Positions 36,888 through 48,212 of a stretch of DNA of 64,000 nucleotides are shown here, piece by piece. The stretch is from Takakia lepidozioides (Eukaryota; Plantae; Bryophyta). The stretch lies in assembly GCA_030704615.1 (NCBI GenBank), contig CM060731.1, positions 47,740,001 to 47,804,000 on the forward strand, read 5' to 3'. Below the pieces are notes generated by a model, which saw nothing but the letters and a program-made list of their open reading frames with translations, ran no database searches and had not been told where the DNA came from. How positions within the stretch are numbered: position 1 is the first letter of the stretch; each line of letters opens with the position of its first letter. A program made the translations under genes and the position numbers.

Positions 36888-37443
36888 CTAGGGATACTTG
36901 CGTGAATTAGAGACATTGGATTTCTCCCTCCCAAGTTGGTCAAACACCCTTACAACAAAGTGCAAACATGCAACACAAATGAAGAAGATATGATCCTCCA
37001 ACTTCAAGTCTAGATCAAAAGCGAACTCCCTCCATCCATTACTAATGGTGCGGCCATCTCTTTGAAATCTTAGTTTCCAAATCTCCCCCTTTGGGCTTTC
37101 GAAAGTTAGGATCTTACTGCGGTGATACGTGTATTTGTGATTCTTCGTAGAGGGGAGCGTCAAACACTGCCATTGAGACAGAAAGGAAACAATGATTAGT
37201 CTGGAATTCTAGACTAGAAAATATAGTATCGTCAATTCACCATTGAAATCACTCATGTGCAACAAACCTCTTCAACAATTCTTTTTACTCGAAAGAAACC
37301 TGTAGGCTATTCTTACTAGTCTGCACCACACGCTATCGTAGATCATGCCTCGGTTCACAAACGGCTTGTCTTTAGCTTCCTTCTCTGCTCTCTCGAGTGC
37401 TTTGTCTACTCCAGGTATAAATTTACTTTGTTGAACCTTCATG
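36888..37443 (-). CDS. B3 DNA-binding domain protein (REM-like), probably 2 exons, possibly a fragment
   Basis: LTLP...W.LRF....TISNGWREFAFDLDLKLEDHIFF....LHFVVRVFD matches the B3 pattern GWxxFxxxxxLxxxDxxxF...FxVxVF; candidate upstream exon ~37443-37315. Confidence 0.65.
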
Positions 37444-37894
37444 GCGGCTTTCTCTCTATAAAAACCAAAACGATTCAGAGAGTCCACACAAACTGAGAGG
37501 TGGTCGAGATTCAAAGAGCTCACACTGATTCGAGAACAGTGAGGCGTTTGGATGAATGTATAATTCACGTGCATGTGTGACATGTCACCTAACTAGATAC
37601 AGGAAAATCGCCGATCTAGTTACGGCGACCTAGGTTACGTCTACCTATTTGCCCTGTACTTCTCTTCTCCATCTTTGTTTCTTCTTTTTTCTCCGGCCAG
37701 CAGGTTTGTTGATCGACTCGAACAAGAGCAAGTACCAAAAGTTCAGCCATCCGTTTCCTAAGCAAGGTATAGTCAACTTCTCACAGTATTCGACCTTAAG
37801 TGGAAATTAGACTGGAAAATGGAAGGTGGTGGTGGATGCACGAGAAGTTTTTTAATACAATTTATGAACCACATATAAAAACACAGGATGTAAT

Positions 37895-38785
37895 TATATC
37901 AAAATTGCTAAGCATGGATATGACATGAAGGCCTTTGAGTTGTATGAAGAAGCAATCGAACATTCTTGATGTGTTTTCAAGATTCCAGAATTGAGGGAGG
38001 AAAGAGGTGTGAAAAAGGTGTCAGGTCATTGCTACATTGTGCAGGGTTTCTCAATCACAGATCTGCTTGCTAGAGCATGCTCATTGATACCACCATCTAC
38101 TTAGGATGCATTTTCATCTACTCCCACTCAACCTAAATCTGCTAGATAATACCAGCGGATGATGGGGGCTTCCATGAGCACCATTTCACCCATTCACCCT
38201 TTATTATCTGGAGGAAACTAACATCAGGCTATGTCAATCATGCAAGGTCCCGCTGATTATGTTATCTGTCAAGCCCGTCAGGAATCAGGAGTTTTTTGGA
38301 TGTTAATATGAATTATGTGACAGGTATTCACAAGCTGGAACTCCACTTTTGACTGCCTCTTGACTGCGTCAACTTCCTACAATCCTGAAGCTCACACCTT
38401 CACACTTACGTGCCGGTTTGTATATCTCTCATCCTTCACCAAAACAGTGTACATGAGGTCAAAAGAATCAGGATGTATGTGTGTTTAAGTGTTCAATTCT
38501 AGAAATAAGAGCTGGGCAAATTTTTATGCCATCATAAACATACTTCTAGACTGTGACTCCTGTGATGATGATGTCTTAGAGTGTAATTTGAAATTGCCCT
38601 CATCTAGATGAACGAGACCGGTTTATGTCTGACAGTTGCTTTGTATCACATGACAAAATATGATATCTCTCTTAGACACCACTGTGAAAATGTAGCCATT
38701 GCTTTTAGATTGATCAGCACACCGCTTGAAACACCTATATGCATTATCAACAACTTTCAAGTGTGTGTTGGAGTGTGTTTGAATT
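37895..38785 (+). pseudogene. Remnant of a PPR-DYW (PLS-class) gene
   Basis: LRHHCENVAIAFRLISTPLETPICIINNFQVCV resembles DYW HSEKLAIAFGLISTPxGTPIRIxKNLRVC; IAKHGYDMKAFELYEE (~37905-37950) resembles a PPR motif. No continuous ORF. Confidence 0.65.
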
Positions 38786-39528
38786 CAGCTGCTGTTTCAA
38801 TTAGTCCTCACTGGCCGTCGTATTGATCTCTTCGTCTGTTTAATACCAAATCCCATTTGGACTGAAATGTTTTGTAGTACTTAATTTTGCGTATTTGAGA
38901 TCAGGCGGCTCATTGGAGTTTTTTTCTATTCAGCTATTTGCACTTCTGCGGCATTGTCCTAAAGTCGTTGAAATTGCAGATAAGGCTAATCGATTTAAAA
39001 GTGCAGCACTTGTTTCTGATCCTCAAATCAATAAGTAATTACTCTTCCCTGAAGCATGATCATAGTTCACTTTGCTACACATGCCTCATCACCCACTACT
39101 AATGTAATCAGCTGATAGGTGTTGATTTAAGAATTCACCACAATTGCTTTAGACTGATTTCCCAAGGATTCCCTGTAGCTCCACTAGGCTACAAAGATGA
39201 TTTACTGCAGAGCCCAAATGGACAGTCATATTTAAGACTTATGTCTGCATGCGTGTTTCTGACTGTTTAGAAATTTCAGTGTATTGGTTTTATATATGTT
39301 GAGTGGTTTTGTTATGTCGGTGTGTTCTATGAAACGCCTTGGCTCAAGGAAGCCAAAGTGGAGCTAGGTGGTGAAGTTTTTCTGTTCCATTGAGAAGATT
39401 TATCGAAATATTTGGTCTTTATCTCGTACTGGATTTTTTTAAGATTTGAGTGCTGATTTTGGGCTCACCAGTTCATTACCTGACTAAATTCGGGCTTGCC
39501 TTGTTGCTTCAAATGCCACATTTAGCCT

Positions 39529-42500
39529 ATCAGGGGAAAGGTCTCCGATTCAAATCTGGTCGTAGGCTCTCTGGAAAAAGAAAAAGAAATGATTAGATAT
39601 GGGATTGCACTTGGACTTAGATGACACTGGACATTCGGGAGATGCACTTGGATACATGAATAGAAGATTGCACTTGGGCTTAGAGTTTCAATCTTCACAC
39701 ATGGGCCAACAGCACAGGCTACACTAGAGGTCGCACTTGGGCCTCGACATAGGAGACGCTACTTGGATACATAGGGGATTGCACTTGGGCTTAGATTTCA
39801 ATTCTTCACACATGGACCAATGGCGCAGGCTACCCTAGGCCTAGATCTCCCAAACAGGAGGGTCTCTAGATACATAGGAGATTGCACTTGGACTTAGATG
39901 ACACTGGACACTTGGGTGGGCCAATGGCACAGACTATCCTAGTGTCATCTAAGTCCAAGTGCATCAATATATGAAGCAAGCCATATCTAATCAATTTTTT
40001 TTCCACAGAGCCTATGACCAAATTTGAACAAGAGACCTTTGCCTTGATATCTCTCCCGCCGAGGCTCCAACCATTGTCCCAGGAATGCCCATTTTGCTAT
40101 TTTTGTTATTTTTCGAGAATTTCCAGCGACCCAAAGTAAAGGAAGAAAAAAAGGTGGACGCGTCATTGTTCCAGGAAACCCCACTTTGCTATTTTTGCAA
40201 TCTCCCCTATCGAGGCTTCATATATTGATACATCCACTTTGCTATTTTTCGCGAATTTCCAGTGACCAAAATTACTTGAAACCAAATCTCCCATGTGAAG
40301 GGCCAATCATTGCTCCAGGAAAGCCCACTTTGCTATTTTTCCGAATTTTCAGAGACGAAAAGTACTTGAAATTCCTTATCTCCCACACCGCGGGTCCAAA
40401 AATCATGAGACCAAGCCGGTGCACCCCTCCTCATCGAGGGCTTTCCAACGGTACCAAGCACCAACGCCGGGGCCTCACGGTTTGGGAGATCTCAACGACG
40501 CTACAACAAGCAAAACAAATAAAACAAAACAAAACAAACGTCTCGCTTCATATATTGACTAGGGTAGCCTGTGCCGTTGGTCCAAGTGTCCAAGGTCATC
40601 TAAGCCCATGTGCAATCTCCTATGTATCCAAATGCATCTCCTATGTCGAGGCCCAAGTCGACCTCTACGGTAGCTTGTGCCACTGGCCGATGTGTGAATA
40701 ATTGAAATCTAAGACCAAGTGCAATTTCCTATGTATCCTAGTGCGTCTCCTATCTCGAGGCCCATCTAAGCCCAAGTGCAATCTTTTATGTATCCAAATG
40801 CATCTCCCGTGTAGAGGCCTAAGTGTCCACTGTCATTTAAACCCAAGTGCAATCTCCTATGTATTCAAGTGCGTCTCTTATGTATCCAATGACATTTCCC
40901 ATGTGCGTCTCCTATGTCGAGGCCCATCTAAGCCCAGTGTGCAATCTTTTATGTATCCAAGTGCATCTCCCATGTAGATGCCCAAGTGTCCACTGTCATT
41001 TAAGACCAAGTGCAATTTCTTATGTATCCCAGCGTGTCTCTTATGTTGAGGCCCAAGTGCGACCTCTAGTGTTGCCTATGCCATTGGCCCATGTGTGAAA
41101 AATTGAAATCTAAGCCCAAGTGCAATCTTCTATTCATGTATCCAAGTGCATCTCCCATGTAGAGGCCCAAGTGTGACCTCCAGTGTCCACTGCAATCCCC
41201 AATGTATCCGAAGACCTACAGTTTGGGAGATCTCTATGTCATTGCCCACTTTGCTATTTTTGCAATCTCCCCTATCGAGGCTTCATATATTGATATATCC
41301 ACTTTGATATTTTTTGCAAATTTCCAGCGACCAAAAGTATTTGAAACTCCAAATCTCCCACATGAAGGGCCAATCATTGCTCCGAGAAAGCCCACTTTGC
41401 TATTTTTCTCGAATTTCCAATGACCCAAAGCACTTCAGATTCCAGATCTCCCACACCGCTGGTCCAAAAATCATGAGACAAAGCCCTCCTCACCGAGGGC
41501 TTGCCAACAACACCAAGCACCCGCGTTGGAGCCCCGCGGACGACGCTACAAAACAAAACAAAACAAATGTCTCGCTTCATATATTGACTAGGGTAACCTG
41601 TGCCATTGGCCCAAGTGTCCAGTGTCATCTAAGCCCAAGTGTAAGATCTTCTATGTATCCCAGTGCGTCCTCTATGTTAAGGCCCAAGTGCGACCTCTAC
41701 GGTAGCATGTGCCTTTGGTCCATGTGTGTGAGGAATTGAAATTTAAGACCAAGTACAATTTCTTATGTATCCCAGTGCGTCTCCTATGTTGAGGCCCAAG
41801 TGTGACCCCTAGTGTAGCCTATGTCTTTGGCCCATGTGTGAAGAAATGAAACCTAAGACCAAGTGCAATTTCCTATGTATGCAAGTGCGTCTCCTATGTC
41901 GAGGCCCATTTAAGCCCAAGTGCAATCTTCTATTCATGTATCCAAATGCATCTCTTTGTAGAGGCCCAAGTGTCCGGTGTCATATAAGCCCAAGTGCAAT
42001 CTCCTAGATGTATCCAAGTTCGTCTCTCATCTCAAGGCCCAACTTAAATTTTTCCATGAATTTATTGGGTAGTAATACATCCAATCATTATTGATATATC
42101 TCATGTCAAGGCTCCAATCATTCTCCCAGGAAAGCCCACTTTGCTATTTTTCGTGAATTTCCAACGAACTTGAAATTCGTTTTAACCATATCTCATCATT
42201 TTTTTTCCACAGAGCCTACGACCAGATTTGAACCGGAGACCTTTCCCTTGATATCTCTCCTGTCGAGGCTCCAACCATTGTCCCAAGAATGCCCATTTTG
42301 CTATTTTCCGCGAATTTCCAGCGACCCAAAGTACTTGAAATTCCACATCTCCCACACCGCAGGTCCAAAAATTCTGAGACCAAGCCGGTGCACCCCTCCT
42401 CCTCGAGGGCTTTCCAACGGGACCAAGCACCAGCATTGGGGCCCCGCAGTCTGGGAGATCTCAACACTACAAAACAAAACAAAACAAAACAAAGAAACAA

Positions 42501-42605
42501 ACTGGCTAGGGTAGCCTGTGCCGTTGGCCTGGCAAGTGTCCAGTGTCATCTAAGTCCAAGTGCATCAATATATGAAGCAAGCCATATCCAATCATTTTTT
42601 TTCCA
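39529..42605. repeat. Complex cluster of a modular non-coding repeat (direct and inverted copies), probably non-autonomous TE derived
   Basis: Many CCAAGTGCAAT.TCCTATGTATCC units; three copies of the ~170-bp module; 39529-39940 is inverted relative to downstream copies; TCAATATATGAAGC / GCTTCATATATTGA inverted words. Confidence 0.8.
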
Positions 42606-45600
42606 GAGTGACCCTCGTGGGATGTTCCACTGCATGGTACGGGTCCTTGGGATCAACCACCCCCTTGTTTTTTCTCCCGGATCCCCTACCATGCGGTGGA
42701 GTCTGCTGGACATGCTCCACAGGGCCAATATCTGCAACACTTCCCTGCCCTTGTGCCACCTTCCCTCTACCCCTTCCCTTCCCAACAACACCAGCAACAT
42801 CTTTTCCCTTTGCCTTTCTTCCTCTACCTGGGGTATCCTGAGCGGGAGGCTCCTTCTCTGCAAGAGTCCTCAAATTACGTTCATGAATGTCGAGGTCGGC
42901 TGCTGCGGCAGTGGCTGCAATACGATCATTCTCTCTCCTCAAAGACACCTCTGGAGCTGGGGTCTCAGAAGGAGGGCAATCCAAATACCAACCACAAGAA
43001 GAAAGATGGTCTGGGCCCCAGTCATGCAAGATCCCAGTAGTAAACATGGTCTGGTTGCCAGCAGGGACAAGCCACAGGTCCACGAAATCCGGATGTTTGT
43101 CCAGGCAATTCTCTTCCAGGAGAACAAACTTTATGTACCTGCAGCAACAGAGACAGCCTCATTTTACAATGGAAATATTGTGTGGCAACTTTTCCATCAC
43201 ACCAGGAAGACCCTCTTCAACAGTATGCCACACAACACATTGCAACCACAGCACAAATAAGTAGTGCAAGAGTGTGCACCTGTAAAGGCATCATTTCCAG
43301 GCTTCCTCTCCTTTTTCTTGCTGGTCCAGCTCATTTGTTCGACTGATGCCACCCTCCTTGCTGAACTCTCTAAAGAAACAAGAGTGCCACACTGTGGCTC
43401 TCCATTTCCTCATGTATGCTTCGAAGGACACCTTCGGTGCTATCATACTGATGCCATAGTCAGCCAGCTGAGTATGCAGAACCGATCTGGCCCTTTCTTC
43501 CAACTGCAAAACAATACAAATGCAAGAATGAACCCAAAAGCAATCACAGCGAATGTAAGAGGCAATAGAAAGATAAGGACAGGAAAAGAGAAAAGACAGT
43601 GACACAGGGAAGGACATCACACCTGGCTCCAGTAAGTGGCCTTGTGAAGCCAGGTGTCCAGCACATTGTCACTGACAGGAATGACACGCTGGGTCTTATC
43701 TCTTTCTCCGGCCTTGGGAACATGTGGGTATCCCTAACTGTGGGATCGGAGTTCCATATCTGCAGCCACTTCAGCTTTTGTTCTGGAGACACAACGGCGG
43801 TAGACAACCTGTGCAACTTCTCCTGGGCCATTTCTGGCTTGCCTGGCTTGTTATAATGGTTTTTTATCTCCAGGAGAAACTGCGGTCCGAATGATGGGTC
43901 GGCAATTCTCAACTGCTTCACGAAAGCACTCATTATAGTCCTTCTTGTAGCGGTCATCTCTTTCTGGATGCGACTCTCAACCCCCTTTGCTGTCCTTCTC
44001 TCTCTCAGGGGTAGCTGTAGTATTCCAGTTTGCCACGCTCCCCTGCATCTGCAATGTCTTGCTGCAAGGGAATGCAAGAGAGTTGCATCAGCACAAGGTC
44101 AAGGGAAACAAACAGAAACAAACATGTGGAATATGGAAGACCAGATGAAGGAAGATGTATCTCACCGTGTACATGTACTCCATGAAAGCCTCACGGGTCA
44201 ACGAGTACCACGTTTCCGATGTCTTGGAGCTTTCGCACTTCTTGTACATCTCCGCTGAAAGGATGGTCTTGAAGTTGGTCAAGGGCATCTGCCCTATCCT
44301 TTGTATCCTATACAGTGTGTGAACCAAACTCGTTTTGACATGCGATGTCTCCGTTCCTCTGCAGAATGATATCTGCAAGTCAGAATGAAATTCAAGGTCT
44401 TCAATCAAAGAAGAACGGAACCACAAGTGGAACATGTAGAATGAGAAACCAACCTGTTCACATCATTCATTGCCGTCAGAAGACCCATCATGTTCCCGTC
44501 ACAATCCAGCACCATCGATGACGACAGCCTGACCTAAGTAGGAAATTGATTTGGCCTATTCCACCAGGTGGTGATCCTTGACGCCCATCCAACCTACAGA
44601 TCGAATGCCTTGCCATTCATCAGCAGAAGCAATGAGAGGACAAAGACGAGTCCTTCCAAGCTCAGTCCAAGTAGGCTAGGCCAAGAAGCTGATTGCATGG
44701 TTGGAAAGAGTGTCATCTAATGGTGAAGTGCAGCCTCCCAGTGACAGCCATCCATGCAAGCAAGCAGTGGTTCCCATCCCAAACGTGAAACATCTTTCCC
44801 GAGAATGCCTGGGTGGAAGGTTTCCTGGAGAGAAGAAGTTCGAAGGATTCGTTCAGCTGTCTCCAAATGGGGTCCCAGGAGTCCACGATTGACTGATCCA
44901 CGAGGAGCTCATTACCTTTGGAATCCCTAGTAGAAACGTAAAAGACTGCGGATCCATCCAAATACCCATGCACAAACTCGGCCTCCAGCTTGAGAATGTC
45001 CTTGACGAGGGGTGTACGAACGACGGGCATGGAAACCAACCTACACAGGGGAATCTTCAACCTCCCACCCGGGGCAAGCATACTTTGCACCACAAGCTGA
45101 GAGTTTACCTTCTGACCCCCTAGCATCTCAGCGGCTTTGCTTTCATAGAACTCATCGTCCACATCAACAATTATCTCCTTCTCCTGACCCGAAGGGACCT
45201 CATCTGCCACACTTTGCATCTTCTCCTGCAGGGTTGTTCATTCAACTTGATATAAGAGAGGCATGAAACGACGGCTGAGGCATGAAAAAGTGGGTTCAAA
45301 GAGTGTGCGTTGACGCACACTATTTTAAGCTGCCAGGTAAGTGTACATTGACCCTCACAGACATGTCCTATGTTGCCGAATTCCACAGAAAAAGACAATG
45401 TAAAACTGGGCTCAAACAGTGTGCGTTGACGCACACTGTTTCACTTGCCATGTAAATGATCATTGAACATCTACTTGTGCCAGGTAAGTGTTCATTGTAA
45501 ACTCCAACATATTTCATCCTCAGAAACGTGCCCTAAATGCCGAATTTAAACCGGAGAAACACTTAAATGTAGAGCTCAAACAGTGTGCGCCAACGCACAC

Positions 45601-47390
45601 TGTTTGAGCTGCCACTGAATGGTTATTTCATCCTCAGAAACGTGCCCTAAATGCCGAATTTTAACACCAAAAAAACACTTACATGTTCAGCTCAAACAGT
45701 GTGTGTTTGAGCTGCCAGTGAATGGTTATTTCATACTCAGAAACCTGCCCTGGAAGTCCGAATTTAACACCAAAAAAACAGTGACATGTACAGCTCAACC
45801 AGTGTGCGCCAACGCACACTGTTTGAGCTGCCACTGAATGGTTATTTCATCCTCAGAAACGTGCCCTAAATGCTGAATTTTCACACCAAAAAAACAGTGA
45901 CATGTTCAGCTCAAACAGTGTGCGCCAACGCACACTGTTTGAGCTGCCACTGAATGGTTATTTCATCCTCAGAAACCTGCCCTGGAAGTCCGAATTTGAC
46001 ACCAAAAAAACAGTGACATGTACAGCTCAAACACTGTGCGCCAACGCACACTGTTTGAGCTGCCACTGAATGGTTATTTCATCCTCAGAAACGTGCCCTA
46101 AATGCTGAATTTTCACACCAAAAAAACAGTGACATGTTCAGCTCAAACAGTGTGCGCCAACGCACACTGTTTGAGATGCCACTGAATGGTTATTTCATCA
46201 TCATAAACCTGCCCTGGAAGTCCGAATTTAACACCAAAAAAATAGTGACATGTACAGCTCAAATAGTGTGCGCCAACGCACACTGTTTGAGCTGCCACTG
46301 AATGGTTATTTCATCCTCAGAAACGTGCCCTAAATGCCGAATTTTAACACCAAAAAAACACTTACATGTTCAGCTCAAACAGTGTGCGCCAACGCACACT
46401 GTTTGAGCTGCCACTGAATGGTTATTCCATCATCATAAACCTGCCCTGGAAGTCCGAATTTCAATCGAAAAAAACAGTGACATGTTCAGCTCAAACAGTG
46501 TGCGCCAACGCACACTGTTTGAGCTGCCACTGAATGGTTATTCCATCATCAGAAACGTGCCCTAAAGGGCGAATTCGACACGGAGAAAACCGTGACATGT
46601 AGAGCTCAAACAGTGTGCGCCAACGCACACTGTTTGAGCTGCCAGTGAAGGGTTCTGTCATCTTGACATACATATCCTGGAAAACCGATATCCAGACGGA
46701 AACAGCAGTGAAATGTTCAGCTCAACTCACACTGTTTGAGGTTGCAATTTGGGTTGTGTTGAACCTGCTGTAGTGCCCAAGTTTGGGCGTTTCGCACCTG
46801 AACAATCAAGCAAATTGGTAGGCCCAAACAGTGTGCGTTGCCGCACACTGTTTGGGCTTCCAGTTTGCGGTGCTTTTAGCGTGGTGCAGATGTCCTGTGT
46901 GGGCTATATTCATATCAGCAACGAAACAGAAATGTGGGTCTTAAGAATTTCACCTTTTTCTTGGCTGCTCCAGAAGACTCCCCAATCGCCGGGGACCCTT
47001 TGCGCTTTGGGCTGCTCTCTGCGCCGAGCGTGTACGTGAGCCTCTCCCCCTTCCTCTTTCCCGCAGGCAGGCTCCTCGTGAGGCCACCTTCAACATCCTT
47101 TTCCATCTCGTCTGTCTCTCCCTCAGATGCGGTGTCCTCTTCATCTGTCCTTGGAACTATGGCGGGCTGCTGTTCTTCTGCTGATTCCTGCTCCTCCATC
47201 GCCACACTTTCCTCTACTCCCTCTTCTACCTCTTTTTCCTCTTCGTCCACTCTTTCCATCCTCATTCTATCTCTGGCTCTATTCCTGTTTCTAGAGCTCG
47301 TGAAGTATAGTGACTTCCTTCTCTTCCTCCTACGCTGGAAACAAGGGCTCCCCACGATGCCTCTAGAGCTCTCCAGTTTGACGTTTGTAA
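42606..47390 (-). pseudogene. ParB-like cargo gene homolog, frameshifted and truncated before the methyltransferase domain
   Basis: Exon-by-exon homology to 5514-10930: KRRKSLYFTS, IPLCRLVSMPVVR, VWDGNHCLLAW (R>C), SHVKTSLVHTLYRIQRIG, QEKLHRL, RKWR...CFFREFSKEG, CGWYLDCPP. Sequence switches to the repeat cluster at ~42605. Confidence 0.85.
45293..46858. repeat. Intronic tandem array, 116-bp period, ~14 palindromes CAGCTCAAACAGTGTGCG-CCAA-CGCACACTGTTTGAGCTG
   Basis: Palindrome starts at 45907, 46023, 46139, 46255, 46371 and 46487; 18-bp arms, perfect in several copies; alternating A/B spacers; outer copies have TTGA or TTGC loops. Confidence 0.92.
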
Positions 47391-48212
47391 CAAGTGCTGC
47401 TATGGCATGTAATCAAAATCAAAATTGGACGTTATCAACCATATTTGGATGCGGGTGTTGTTATTGTGTGCGAACGGAATTCATCCATTCCGTTGTCTCC
47501 GTATTATCCAAGCAATAAAGCGCAAGAAAAAAAGTACATCCGTTGCATGCACTAGCGATATATGTCAGATGTACTGCGCCGCCTGCCAATACACCGCGGC
47601 CTTCTTGCTTTCTTTCAAATTCGGATGTGCCGTAGAAATCTAATGCTAGTTCATTTTCGAGCAGTTCTTGCAGATCCGCAATAATTGTTATGCTTCACAT
47701 ATGCATCCACGTGTGTTGTACTGCCTACCCTGTGGTTTGCAGTTTACCGTTACCGTCGCCATGGGGTCATTCGGCATAAAGGGTTCTGTCGGATACGACC
47801 ATGTCTGGCACGCATTCGTGCGAGGTATCTTCTGCAGTGTCAGTGTTTGTGCTGTGCTCTTCTGGCACAGCACAACCTCATGACATTTGTGGTCTTCCTG
47901 TTTACTGCTCTCCAGGGTTGTTGCCGTCTTTTCATAATGGATGGTTTCATGTAGTTTTCAGTGTTTGTTTTCATCCATAAACAGCACGGCTTCTTGTAGT
48001 ATTTGAAAACAGTTTTTCTGGTTAGTGCCTCTTGGCGTTGCTGTTTCCGAAGTGAAGGTGCATCTCATCCCTACATCCTTTGCATGCATCACCTGCAACC
48101 TTTGGATTGGAGCTAGCCTTGTTGACCTCGGTTTGCTTGTCTTAATTCCCCTTTTGGTAATTGCGGGCTATCAGTTCGAGGATTCCGCAACTTTCGTTCA
48201 GTGAGGGAAAAC

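Noticed and set aside
40186-43260. ORFs of 100-323 aa across the repeat cluster
   Set aside because: They read through non-coding repeat modules or are antisense to the cargo exon; no coherent protein.
45293-46858. CRISPR array interpretation of the palindromic repeats (also 7529-8252)
   Set aside because: Spacers are homologous to each other in alternating classes, the arrays lie in spliceosomal introns, and no cas genes are visible.
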